DNA of 64,000 nt, from the NCBI GenBank assembly GCA_965205855.1, contig OZ242184.1:1312001-1376000 (forward strand), read 5' to 3'. The stretch's first letter is position 1, and the number at the start of each line of letters is the position of its first letter. Below the pieces are notes generated by a model, which searched no databases, had not been told where the DNA came from, and was given only the letters and a program-made list of their open reading frames with translations. Origin of the DNA: Thermodesulfobacteriota bacterium (GTDB lineage Bacteria > Desulfobacterota_D > UBA1144 > Nemesobacterales > Mycalebacteriaceae). Position numbers and translations under genes: made by a program. This document shows, piece by piece, positions 51,258-59,069 of this stretch.

Positions 51258-51881
51258 ATGCTGCTGATTTTGGTAAGACACGGCGAGACTGAATGGAACA
51301 GACAGCAAAGATGTCAGGGAAGCAGCGACATACCGCTCAATGAAAACGGCCGCTCGCAGGCGAAAAAACTCGCCGAATTCCTGGAAAGCGAAAATATTGA
51401 TGCAATTTTTTCAAGCGGATTAAAAAGGGCGCGCGAAACAGCCCGGGAAATAGCGAAACACCACAAACTCCAAATCCGCGTTGACGAGAACTTCAACGAG
51501 ATGGACCAGGGGGATTTTGAAGGAGTTCATTTTTCTGAAATAAGGGAAAAACACTCGGATAAACTGAAAGTGTGGACAGAAAACCCCGAACACTTTTGCA
51601 TACCGGGGGGAGAGTCAATGTTTGAAGTTCAGCAACGGGCGATGAAAGCGCTTATGGAACTTCAGAAAAAATGGCAGCACTCGAGGGTTATGGTTGTAAG
51701 CCACAACCTGACAATCGTAACTCTGTTGTGCCGATTCAAAGGAATGCCGATGCTGCGCTTCAGAGAATTTCAAATAGACGAAACTTCAAGAACTGTTGTC
51801 ATATGCGACGACCGGAAATACACGGTCTCTCTTTTGAACGACACTTCTCACCTCGACGCACGCCCACGGAAGAATAAATGA
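51258..51881 (+). CDS. Histidine phosphatase (PGM/CobC-like)
   Basis: LVRHGET-WN, RARETA, GGES, VVSH. Confidence 0.92.
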   Translation: MLLILVRHGETEWNRQQRCQGSSDIPLNENGRSQAKKLAEFLESENIDAIFSSGLKRARETAREIAKHHKLQIRVDENFNEMDQGDFEGVHFSEIREKHSDKLKVWTENPEHFCIPGGESMFEVQQRAMKALMELQKKWQHSRVMVVSHNLTIVTLLCRFKGMPMLRFREFQIDETSRTVVICDDRKYTVSLLNDTSHLDARPRKNK

Positions 51882-53524
51882 AAGAAAGAATAAGAGAGGA
51901 GGTTTTGCGCTCAATACGCGCCGTTACGGGAAAAGACCCGGACGGCTGTGTGTTTGAGATTGAAACGCCGCGGCGAAAAGAGTTCGGAGATTTCTCCACC
52001 AACGCGGCAATGGCGCTTTCAAAGAAAGAGGGGCTCAACACGCGCGAGCTTGCCGGGAAGATTGCGCGGTTTGCTCAGGAAAACTGCGACATATTTGAAA
52101 AAGTGGAAGTGGCGGGCGTGGGGTTTATAAATTTTTTCATCAAGCCCGGCGCCATCGTCTCGGAACTGAGCGTGATAAAGCGGCTCGGCGGGCGTTTCGG
52201 CTCCTCGAGACAAAAAGAGAAAAAAACCGTTCTGGTTGAGTTTGTAAGCGCAAATCCCACAGGACCTCTCCACTTCGGCCACGCGCGCAACGCCGTTGTC
52301 GGCGACGCTTTGGCAAATATTCTTGAGTTCACGGGCTGGAAGGTTACGCGGGAATTCTACATAAACGATGCCGGAAATCAGATGTCTCTGCTCGGCGAAT
52401 CGGTGCGGGCAAGACTGCTTGAGATACTCGGCGAAAAAACCGAGTTTCCCGAAGACGGTTACAAAGGGGAATACATACGGGAAATCGCCAGAGAGATTCT
52501 TGAGCGCGACGGGGACGCAAAAGGAGCACAACATGATTTTTGCCGGCGGTTCGCTTATGAAAAACTGCTTTCGGCCATACAAGATGACCTCAAATCCGTT
52601 GGGGTTGAGTTTGACAACTGGTTCAGCGAGCAAGAACACGTTCATTGCCCAGACTCCCGCGGCGCGAATATGCTCGCCAGAGTAATGGAAAAACTGCGAG
52701 ACAAAAAAGCGGTGGAAAACAGGGACGGAGCCGAGTGGTTCAAATCAACGGACTACGGGGATTCCCAGGACTGGGTTCTGATCAAAAAAGACGGCGCGCC
52801 CACATATTTTCTCGCGGACATTGCATACCATGAGGAAAAAATCTCAAGGGGTTACGACAAACTTGTGAATGTGTGGGGGGCTGATCATCACAGCCATTTT
52901 GGAAGGCTTAAATCGGCGATTGGCGCCATGGGTTTTGACGACTCCGTATTGCGGGTTCTGTTGATACAGTTCGTCCGCCTTGTTCGGAACGGCAAAGAGA
53001 CTTCAATGGGCAAAAGGTCGGGCAGTTATGTAACTCTGCGCGAGGTCGCAGACAGGGTGGGAGCGGATGTAACCCGTTTTTTTCTTCTTATGAGGGCAAT
53101 TGAAAGCCATCTGGACTTTGACCTTGAGCTCGCGTGCAAACATTCAAATGAAAATCCCGTTTACTATGTGCAATACGCACACGCGCGGGTTGAAAGCATA
53201 AAACGCAAAGCCGCGGAGAACAACATAATCTCGGATGCCGGTGAAACCGGGCTGCTAAAACTTGAATCGGAAATTGAAATTGCCAAGCAGCTCATAGCGT
53301 TTCCCGATGTCGTGCGCGACAGCGCGCGGACTCTTGCTCCGCACAAAATAGCGTTTTACCTGCAAGGCCTCGCCTCGTCTTTTCACTCCTATTACAAAGC
53401 CAACAGGGTTGTTACCGAAGACGCAAAGCTGTCCTCCGCGCGACTTTTTCTTTGCGAATGTGTAAGAATAGTGTTAAGCAACGGCCTCGGACTTCTCGGA
53501 GTGTCCGCGCCGGAGAGAATGTGA
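51878..53524 (+). CDS. argS: Arginine-tRNA ligase
   Basis: FGDFSTN, SANPTGPLHFGH, MGKR, YVQYAHAR, APERM. Confidence 0.97.
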   Translation: MKERIREEVLRSIRAVTGKDPDGCVFEIETPRRKEFGDFSTNAAMALSKKEGLNTRELAGKIARFAQENCDIFEKVEVAGVGFINFFIKPGAIVSELSVIKRLGGRFGSSRQKEKKTVLVEFVSANPTGPLHFGHARNAVVGDALANILEFTGWKVTREFYINDAGNQMSLLGESVRARLLEILGEKTEFPEDGYKGEYIREIAREILERDGDAKGAQHDFCRRFAYEKLLSAIQDDLKSVGVEFDNWFSEQEHVHCPDSRGANMLARVMEKLRDKKAVENRDGAEWFKSTDYGDSQDWVLIKKDGAPTYFLADIAYHEEKISRGYDKLVNVWGADHHSHFGRLKSAIGAMGFDDSVLRVLLIQFVRLVRNGKETSMGKRSGSYVTLREVADRVGADVTRFFLLMRAIESHLDFDLELACKHSNENPVYYVQYAHARVESIKRKAAENNIISDAGETGLLKLESEIEIAKQLIAFPDVVRDSARTLAPHKIAFYLQGLASSFHSYYKANRVVTEDAKLSSARLFLCECVRIVLSNGLGLLGVSAPERM

Positions 53525-53537
53525 AAGGGAAAATAAA

Positions 53538-54236
53538 ATGAGCGGAGAAATAAACAAGGAGATATTCAGCAGAAGCAAGGACAGAAAGGGCCCGGAAGGA
53601 ACAAAGATACTGGGAAGCAAAGTCAAAATACTCTGGCTCAGGCTTATCAAGCCCATTGAGGACTATCTGATAGAGAAAAAATGCCACCCGGATACGCTTA
53701 CATACACCACGCTTCTCATATCGGCGCTTACCGGTTTTTTCTTCTCGCAGGGTTGGATATTTGTGGCGGGAGTTTTTCTCCTTGCCGGTTCAACTGCGGA
53801 CATCTTTGACGGAAGACTTGCAAGGTCGCTCGGTGTCTCGTCGCCGAGAGGCGCGTTCCTTGACTCATGCGTTGACAGAGTGGCTGAAATCCTTATCTAT
53901 CTGGGGCTTATGAGCCATTTGCGCGACTCCTTTTTTATCTATGTGATACTTCTTGTCGCAGGTTCGTCCATTTTTGTAAGTTATATAAGGGCGCGCGCCG
54001 AAGGGCTTGGAATAAAATGCAACGTCGGGATGATGCAGAGAACGGAAAGAGTTGTCTATCTGGGAGTCGCGTCGCTTTTGAATTTTGTGATTGACGCACT
54101 CGCACAATCGGCGGGACTGAACGGCTCGGACTACGGAGTCAAGATTGCCCTTCTCGTATTGCTGGTTTTTTCGGTCTACACTTCTTTTGAGCGCGTGAAA
54201 CACACGATGAAAGAGATTGAAGAGATGACGCACTGA
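53538..54236 (+). CDS. CDP-alcohol phosphatidyltransferase
   Basis: DIFDGRLAR...GAFLDSCVDR, SYIRARAE, R-ER. Confidence 0.9.
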   Translation: MSGEINKEIFSRSKDRKGPEGTKILGSKVKILWLRLIKPIEDYLIEKKCHPDTLTYTTLLISALTGFFFSQGWIFVAGVFLLAGSTADIFDGRLARSLGVSSPRGAFLDSCVDRVAEILIYLGLMSHLRDSFFIYVILLVAGSSIFVSYIRARAEGLGIKCNVGMMQRTERVVYLGVASLLNFVIDALAQSAGLNGSDYGVKIALLVLLVFSVYTSFERVKHTMKEIEEMTH

Positions 54237-54255
54237 GGAAGTTGAAAGCTCCGCG

Positions 54256-54609
54256 CTATCCTCCCTTAACCCTTTCCTTGATTCTGCTCGCCTTTTTGGA
54301 AAGCCCACGCATATAGTAAATTTTGGATTGTCTGACCTTGCCCGGGCGTTTTACCTCAACCTTGTTTATAAGAGGCGAATTGATTGGAAAAACCCTCTCA
54401 ATCCCTATTCCGTAAGAAACCTTTCTGACCGTAAAGGTGCGCCGCACACCGCCTCCTCGCAGGCCGATAACGGTTCCCTCAAACACCTGATTTCTTCTTT
54501 TGTCGCCTTCAAGAATGTTGTAGTGAACCGCGATAAGGTCTCCCGAACGAAACTCAGGGATATCGTTCCTTATCTGCGACTCTTCAAACTCTTTCATTAT
54601 TTCACTCAT
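54256..54609 (-). CDS. rplS: 50S ribosomal protein L19
   Basis: FRSGD, QVFEG, FTVRKVS-G-G-ERVFP, GKVR. Confidence 0.97.
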   Translation of the reverse strand: MSEIMKEFEESQIRNDIPEFRSGDLIAVHYNILEGDKRRNQVFEGTVIGLRGGGVRRTFTVRKVSYGIGIERVFPINSPLINKVEVKRPGKVRQSKIYYMRGLSKKASRIKERVKGG

Positions 54610-54625
54610 TTTTAATCTCTCCAAT

Positions 54626-55924
54626 TCAAAACTTGCATGAAAAAAGCCTGTCCATTATAGCGGCGGCGGCACTGCGAACCGAAAGATGGTTGTAATCGCC
54701 ATAACCTTTGACCGGTTTGAGCATATGGTCGGCGGAGTCAATCACCTCGCGTGCGAGACCCCAGCCCGTTCCCAGAAGAAGAAGGTAGGGGCGGTCTGCC
54801 TTCATAATTTTCTCTCTCAACTCTTCGTATCCTGTCATGTCACCTTCAAACCTCGCGTCTGTCGCCACAACATCGGGCTTCATTCCTTCAATTTTTTCTA
54901 TGTCACCCATAGCCTCACCCAGCTCGGCTCTGATTTCCACAAGACCCATTGCATCGCTACGGGTCTGGTTGAGTTCCCTTCCCGCGCCTTCTGTCCAGTG
55001 CCTGACAACTCTTGCGGCAAGGGCGCGTTGCTCTCCCACGGGGTTGACCAGAAAAAACTTCTTCACTCCGTATGTCCTGCACGCTCTTGCAATATCGTGA
55101 ATATCAAGATTTGTAAAAGCGGAGGCGACTGTCTCAAGGCGCCTATTGTATACGGGATAATGAAGCAAAGCAACATACGCCCTGTAATCCAGCACCTCAT
55201 TTTTCTGAAACTCGCAAAGAATTTCGGTCTCTTTTTTTGAAAGGCTCGACCGGTCAAGAATTTCGGGTCTTTTGCGGAAAGTGTTTTTTATTCTCTCTTC
55301 CCTTCTCCACTGGTCCACTTTTTCATGGTTTCCCGAAAGCAGAACTTCGGGCGCTTGCGCGCCACGATAAACCTCCGGACGAGTATATTGCGGATGGCTC
55401 AAAAGACCGTTGTCAAGAGACTCGTTTTCAGTGGAAGCGCTGTTTCCCACAACTCCGGGAACAAGCCTTGAGACAGAGTCAACAATCACCGCGGCGGCGT
55501 ATTCCCCGCCGGAAACTATGTAATCTCCGATTGAAATCTCCATATCCGCGTGCAATTCGTTCACCCTTTCATCAACCCCTTCGTATCTTCCGCAGACAAT
55601 CACAACTTTTTCAAAATCCAGCAGTTTCCGCGCCACTTGCCCGTCAAACGGCGCGCCCTGAGCGGATGTGAGCACAACAACCGTTTTCTCCGTCCCTTTT
55701 CTTGACTCCTCAATCGCTTTGCCAAGCGGTTCGGGAAGAAAAAGCATTCCCTCCCCGCCGCCGTAGGGCTTGTCGTCAACGGTATTGTGCTTGTCGTCCG
55801 CAAAATCTCTGAGGTTGCGCACCCCTATTTCCACAAGCCCCTTTTCCCGTGCTTTGGATAAAACCCCGCACGAAAAAACGGAGTCAAAAAATTCGGGGAA
55901 AATTGTGATGATTTCGTATTTCAT
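54626..55924 (-). CDS. trmD: tRNA m1G37 methyltransferase TrmD fused to a C-terminal Tm1570/DUF2168 SPOUT methyltransferase
   Basis: DDKPYGGG, CGRYEGVDER, SIGDY-SGGE; second domain LLHYPV, DIHDIAR, GTGWGL, YNHLSVR. Confidence 0.93.
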   Translation of the reverse strand: MKYEIITIFPEFFDSVFSCGVLSKAREKGLVEIGVRNLRDFADDKHNTVDDKPYGGGEGMLFLPEPLGKAIEESRKGTEKTVVVLTSAQGAPFDGQVARKLLDFEKVVIVCGRYEGVDERVNELHADMEISIGDYIVSGGEYAAAVIVDSVSRLVPGVVGNSASTENESLDNGLLSHPQYTRPEVYRGAQAPEVLLSGNHEKVDQWRREERIKNTFRKRPEILDRSSLSKKETEILCEFQKNEVLDYRAYVALLHYPVYNRRLETVASAFTNLDIHDIARACRTYGVKKFFLVNPVGEQRALAARVVRHWTEGAGRELNQTRSDAMGLVEIRAELGEAMGDIEKIEGMKPDVVATDARFEGDMTGYEELREKIMKADRPYLLLLGTGWGLAREVIDSADHMLKPVKGYGDYNHLSVRSAAAAIMDRLFSCKF

Positions 55925-55959
55925 AAAACCCGCAGCGCGGCGTTTTTCTGCACTTGCCG

Positions 55960-56466
55960 TCAGCCGAGCGATTGCATGTTGCCAACCGCAAGCGTTCCTT
56001 TTTTAACATCTATTTTTTTGACAAATTTTTCCACGAGCGGAACAAGCAACTCGCCTTGCGGTTTTGAAATCACAAGAACGGACTGAAAACCGCTTTGCAA
56101 AACCGATTCCACCCGCCCGATTTCCTCTCCGTTTCCCGCGCAAACGGCGCGCAAACCTACAAGCTGGAAGTTGTAATATTCCCCCTCACCGGTCTCCGGC
56201 AGGTCGGATACGGAAACCAGCACAAGCGAGCCGCGCAGCCTTTCCGCGCCCTCTTTTGTGTTTACACCGGAAAGCTTCACAACCGCGCTTTTATCTCCGA
56301 TTCTCCTTTCGGTTATCTCAAAGTCTTCCGGCTCCGAATCGGCGGTTTTGATAAAAATACGTCCGAGGGTTTTCAACGCAGAAGCGTCTCCGCTGAAAGA
56401 AACAACCTTCAAGCCGCCGGTAAGTCCGTGGCTTTTTACAACCTTTCCGTAATCAATGAAACTCAT
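55960..56466 (-). CDS. rimM: 16S rRNA processing protein
   Basis: GKVVKSHGL-G, EYY-QLVG, LLVP; operon position. Confidence 0.93.
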   Translation of the reverse strand: MSFIDYGKVVKSHGLTGGLKVVSFSGDASALKTLGRIFIKTADSEPEDFEITERRIGDKSAVVKLSGVNTKEGAERLRGSLVLVSVSDLPETGEGEYYNFQLVGLRAVCAGNGEEIGRVESVLQSGFQSVLVISKPQGELLVPLVEKFVKKIDVKKGTLAVGNMQSLG

Positions 56467-56489
56467 TGCCTTCGCAAGAGCGCGGTTCT

Positions 56490-56729
56490 TTAGTCAACTA
56501 TGTCCATTGTGAACCAGATGCCTTTTTTGGCGGCGGCGGCGGAAAGCAAAATCCGCAGCGCCTTTGCGGTTTTTCCCTGCCTTCCGATAACCTTTCCCAT
56601 GTCACCCTGAGCAACTTTGAGGCGCAGAACCGTTTTTTCTTCCCCAATCGTCTCTTCTATTTCAACCTTGTCCGGTTCGTCAACAATTGAAGAAGCGAGA
56701 AAATGCAGCAGGTCCTTCAAGCTTCCCAT
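56490..56729 (-). CDS. khpA: KH-domain RNA-binding protein
   Basis: DMGKVIGRQGKTA-ALR; between rpsP and rimM. Confidence 0.93.
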   Translation of the reverse strand: MGSLKDLLHFLASSIVDEPDKVEIEETIGEEKTVLRLKVAQGDMGKVIGRQGKTAKALRILLSAAAAKKGIWFTMDIVD

Positions 56730-56731
56730 TA

Positions 56732-56965
56732 TTATAAAAGTCCCGAAATCAGTTTCTTTACCGTGTTGGAAGGCTTTGCGCCTTTTGAAATCCAATTCCT
56801 GATTTTGTCTGCGTCAACCTTCAACTCATGGGGACGTTTGACCGGGTCGTAAAACCCCAGAATCTCCAAAAACTTCCCGTCCCTCGCGCGCCGCGAGTCC
56901 GCCGCGACTATTCTGTAAAACGGCTTTTTCTTGGCTCCCATTCTTGTAAGTCTTATTCTTACCAA
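56732..56965 (-). CDS. rpsP: 30S ribosomal protein S16
   Basis: VRIRL-R-G-KK-PFYRIV; TTG start with GGGAGG SD. Confidence 0.97.
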   Translation of the reverse strand: MVRIRLTRMGAKKKPFYRIVAADSRRARDGKFLEILGFYDPVKRPHELKVDADKIRNWISKGAKPSNTVKKLISGLL

Positions 56966-57042
56966 ATCCAACCTCCCGCGCCGCCGTATTGTCCGCCGGC
57001 TACAATTAATGGAGTCTATACAATTCTCAAAGCAGTTCCAAC

Positions 57043-58377
57043 TCACAAAATCCCGGACATCCCGCGGGCAAGCCGTCCCATTTTGCCGGAACCGCCTTTT
57101 TTCATCATGGACTGCATTTTGACAAAGTTCTTTATAGTCCTGTTCACTTCCGCGACAGTCGTCCCGCTTCCGGCCGCTATACGCTTTCTCCTGCTTGTGT
57201 TGATAATTTTGTGGTTTCTTCTCTCCTTCGGAGTCATTGAGTCAATCACCGCAAGACTCATCTTCATCACCGCACGCGCCTTGTCCGCGGACTGCGGGTT
57301 TTTCAAAGCCCCTCCCAATGCGGGTAGCATCCCCGCGATACTCTCCACAGAGCCTATTTTGCCCATCGCAAGCATCGTTTCCCTGAAATCCTCAAGGGTA
57401 AAACGGTTTTTCGCCATCTTGCGGGCGATGCGCTCCGCATCCTCGTCCGTTACGGCGCGCTGAGCCTTCTCTATAAGGGTCAGCACATCGCCCATGCCGA
57501 GTATGCGGGACGCTATTCTTTCGGGATGAAAAACCTCAATGTCCGCCGTTTTCTCGCCGGTTGAGAAAAATTTGATAGGTTTTCCCGTTACAGCGCGCAT
57601 TGAAAAGGCGGCACCGCCCCTTGAGTCGCCGTCCATTTTGGTCAGAACCACGCCGCTTATATCAAGGGCTTTGTCAAAACTTTCCGCCACATTCACAGCG
57701 TCCTGCCCGGTCATGGCATCTGCCACAAGCAGGATTTCTTCGGGAGCGACAAGGTCTTTTATCCGCCGGAGCTCTTCCATAAGCTCCAAATCAACGTGAA
57801 GCCTTCCGGCGGTGTCAAAAATTACCGTGTCAAACCCGCCCGTACGCGCGAAATGTTTTGCTTCGGAGCATATCCGCTCCGACTCCAATCCTTCGGCGGG
57901 AGTGTAAAATCCGGCTCCGCAGGATTGGGCAAGTATCTCAAGCTGCCGTGCGGCGGCGGGGCGGCGGACATCGGCGGGAACAAGCAGGGGCTTTGCCTTG
58001 AGCCCTGCGAGATGAGCGGCAAGTTTTGAACAGAAGGTGGTTTTTCCGGCCCCCTGAAGACCGACCGTCATAACCGAGAAAAGCGAGCCGCGGCGGACGA
58101 GACCATCGCTTTTCTCACCGAGAAAGGCCGTCACCTCGTCTTTGACTATCTTTACAAAATGCTGTCCCGCGGTAAGCCCTTTGTCTTTTTCGGAATCAAC
58201 CGCTTTGCGCTTTACCGACTCAACAAAATCCTTCACGACCCGGAAATTCACATCAGCCTCAAGAAGACTGAGGCGAACTTCCTTCAGCGCGGAGTCTATG
58301 TTCTGTTCCGAGAGGCGAGCGTTTCCCCTGACCCTATCAAGCGCCGCCGAGAGTTTTTCCGATATTCCTTCAAACAT
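57043..58377 (-). CDS. ffh: Signal recognition particle protein
   Basis: LLEADV, GLQGAGKTT, DTAGR, TKMDGD, SRRKRIA-GSG. Confidence 0.98.
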   Translation of the reverse strand: MFEGISEKLSAALDRVRGNARLSEQNIDSALKEVRLSLLEADVNFRVVKDFVESVKRKAVDSEKDKGLTAGQHFVKIVKDEVTAFLGEKSDGLVRRGSLFSVMTVGLQGAGKTTFCSKLAAHLAGLKAKPLLVPADVRRPAAARQLEILAQSCGAGFYTPAEGLESERICSEAKHFARTGGFDTVIFDTAGRLHVDLELMEELRRIKDLVAPEEILLVADAMTGQDAVNVAESFDKALDISGVVLTKMDGDSRGGAAFSMRAVTGKPIKFFSTGEKTADIEVFHPERIASRILGMGDVLTLIEKAQRAVTDEDAERIARKMAKNRFTLEDFRETMLAMGKIGSVESIAGMLPALGGALKNPQSADKARAVMKMSLAVIDSMTPKERRNHKIINTSRRKRIAAGSGTTVAEVNRTIKNFVKMQSMMKKGGSGKMGRLARGMSGIL

Positions 58378-58385
58378 CGGAACTG

Positions 58386-58394
58386 ATTTTAACA
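58386..58394 (-). promoter_or_regulatory. Extended -10 (TGtTAAAAT) 8 nt before the ffh ATG
   Basis: Motif match; no SD. Confidence 0.55.
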
Positions 58395-58440
58395 GAAAAA
58401 AAAGTGGACAATGGGATTTTTCTTATTCAAAATAGAACGG

Positions 58441-59019
58441 ATGTCCGGATTAGGATTGTATTTGAAAAACGCTGTTTCTCACCCGCTGAAGACCGCTTCC
58501 CTAATGCCATCTTCGGAGAAACTCTGCAACATAATTCTTGATGAAGCGGATGTATCGTCCGCTGGCACGATTGTTGAGTTCGGCTCCGGCACGGGCGTGG
58601 CAACGGAAAAGATAGTTGAGCAGATGGACCCGTCCGCCTCTCTTGTGATAATTGAAATCAACTCCGATTTCGCAAAGGAAACGCAAAGACGATTTCCCCG
58701 GGCGGCCGTTTTCAACTGCTGCGCAAGTAAAACCACAAAATGTCTGGAGAGCCTCGGAATATCGGGTTGCGACCGAATTGTCTCCGGCCTGCCATGGGCG
58801 GTTTTCGGAGACGGGTTCCAGAAAAAACTTCTCTTCGCGGCGCAGCAGGCGCTTAATCCCGGCGGCATATTTGTTTCTTTCGCGTACAAATTCGCGCATA
58901 TGTTCCCATCGGGAAAGGGGTTTAAAAGAAACCTTGAAGCGGCTTTCAGCGAAGTAACCAAAACCAAAACCGAGTGGAGAAACGTTCCGCCGGCATTTGT
59001 CTACCGCGCGCGGAAATAA
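58441..59019 (+). CDS. Class I SAM methyltransferase, phospholipid N-methyltransferase (PmtA)-like
   Basis: PSS-L, VEFGSGTG, IVSGLP, NVPPAFVY; start 58411 or 58441. Confidence 0.8.
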   Translation: MSGLGLYLKNAVSHPLKTASLMPSSEKLCNIILDEADVSSAGTIVEFGSGTGVATEKIVEQMDPSASLVIIEINSDFAKETQRRFPRAAVFNCCASKTTKCLESLGISGCDRIVSGLPWAVFGDGFQKKLLFAAQQALNPGGIFVSFAYKFAHMFPSGKGFKRNLEAAFSEVTKTKTEWRNVPPAFVYRARK

Positions 59020-59033
59020 CGCGCGAACCCTTT

Positions 59034-59062
59034 TTGACACCGCACGGGCAAAGCCCTACACT
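59034..59062 (+). promoter_or_regulatory. sigma70 promoter for a probably leaderless polA
   Basis: TTGACA-N17-TACACT, ATG 7 nt downstream. Confidence 0.7.
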
Positions 59063-59069
59063 TCCGGTT

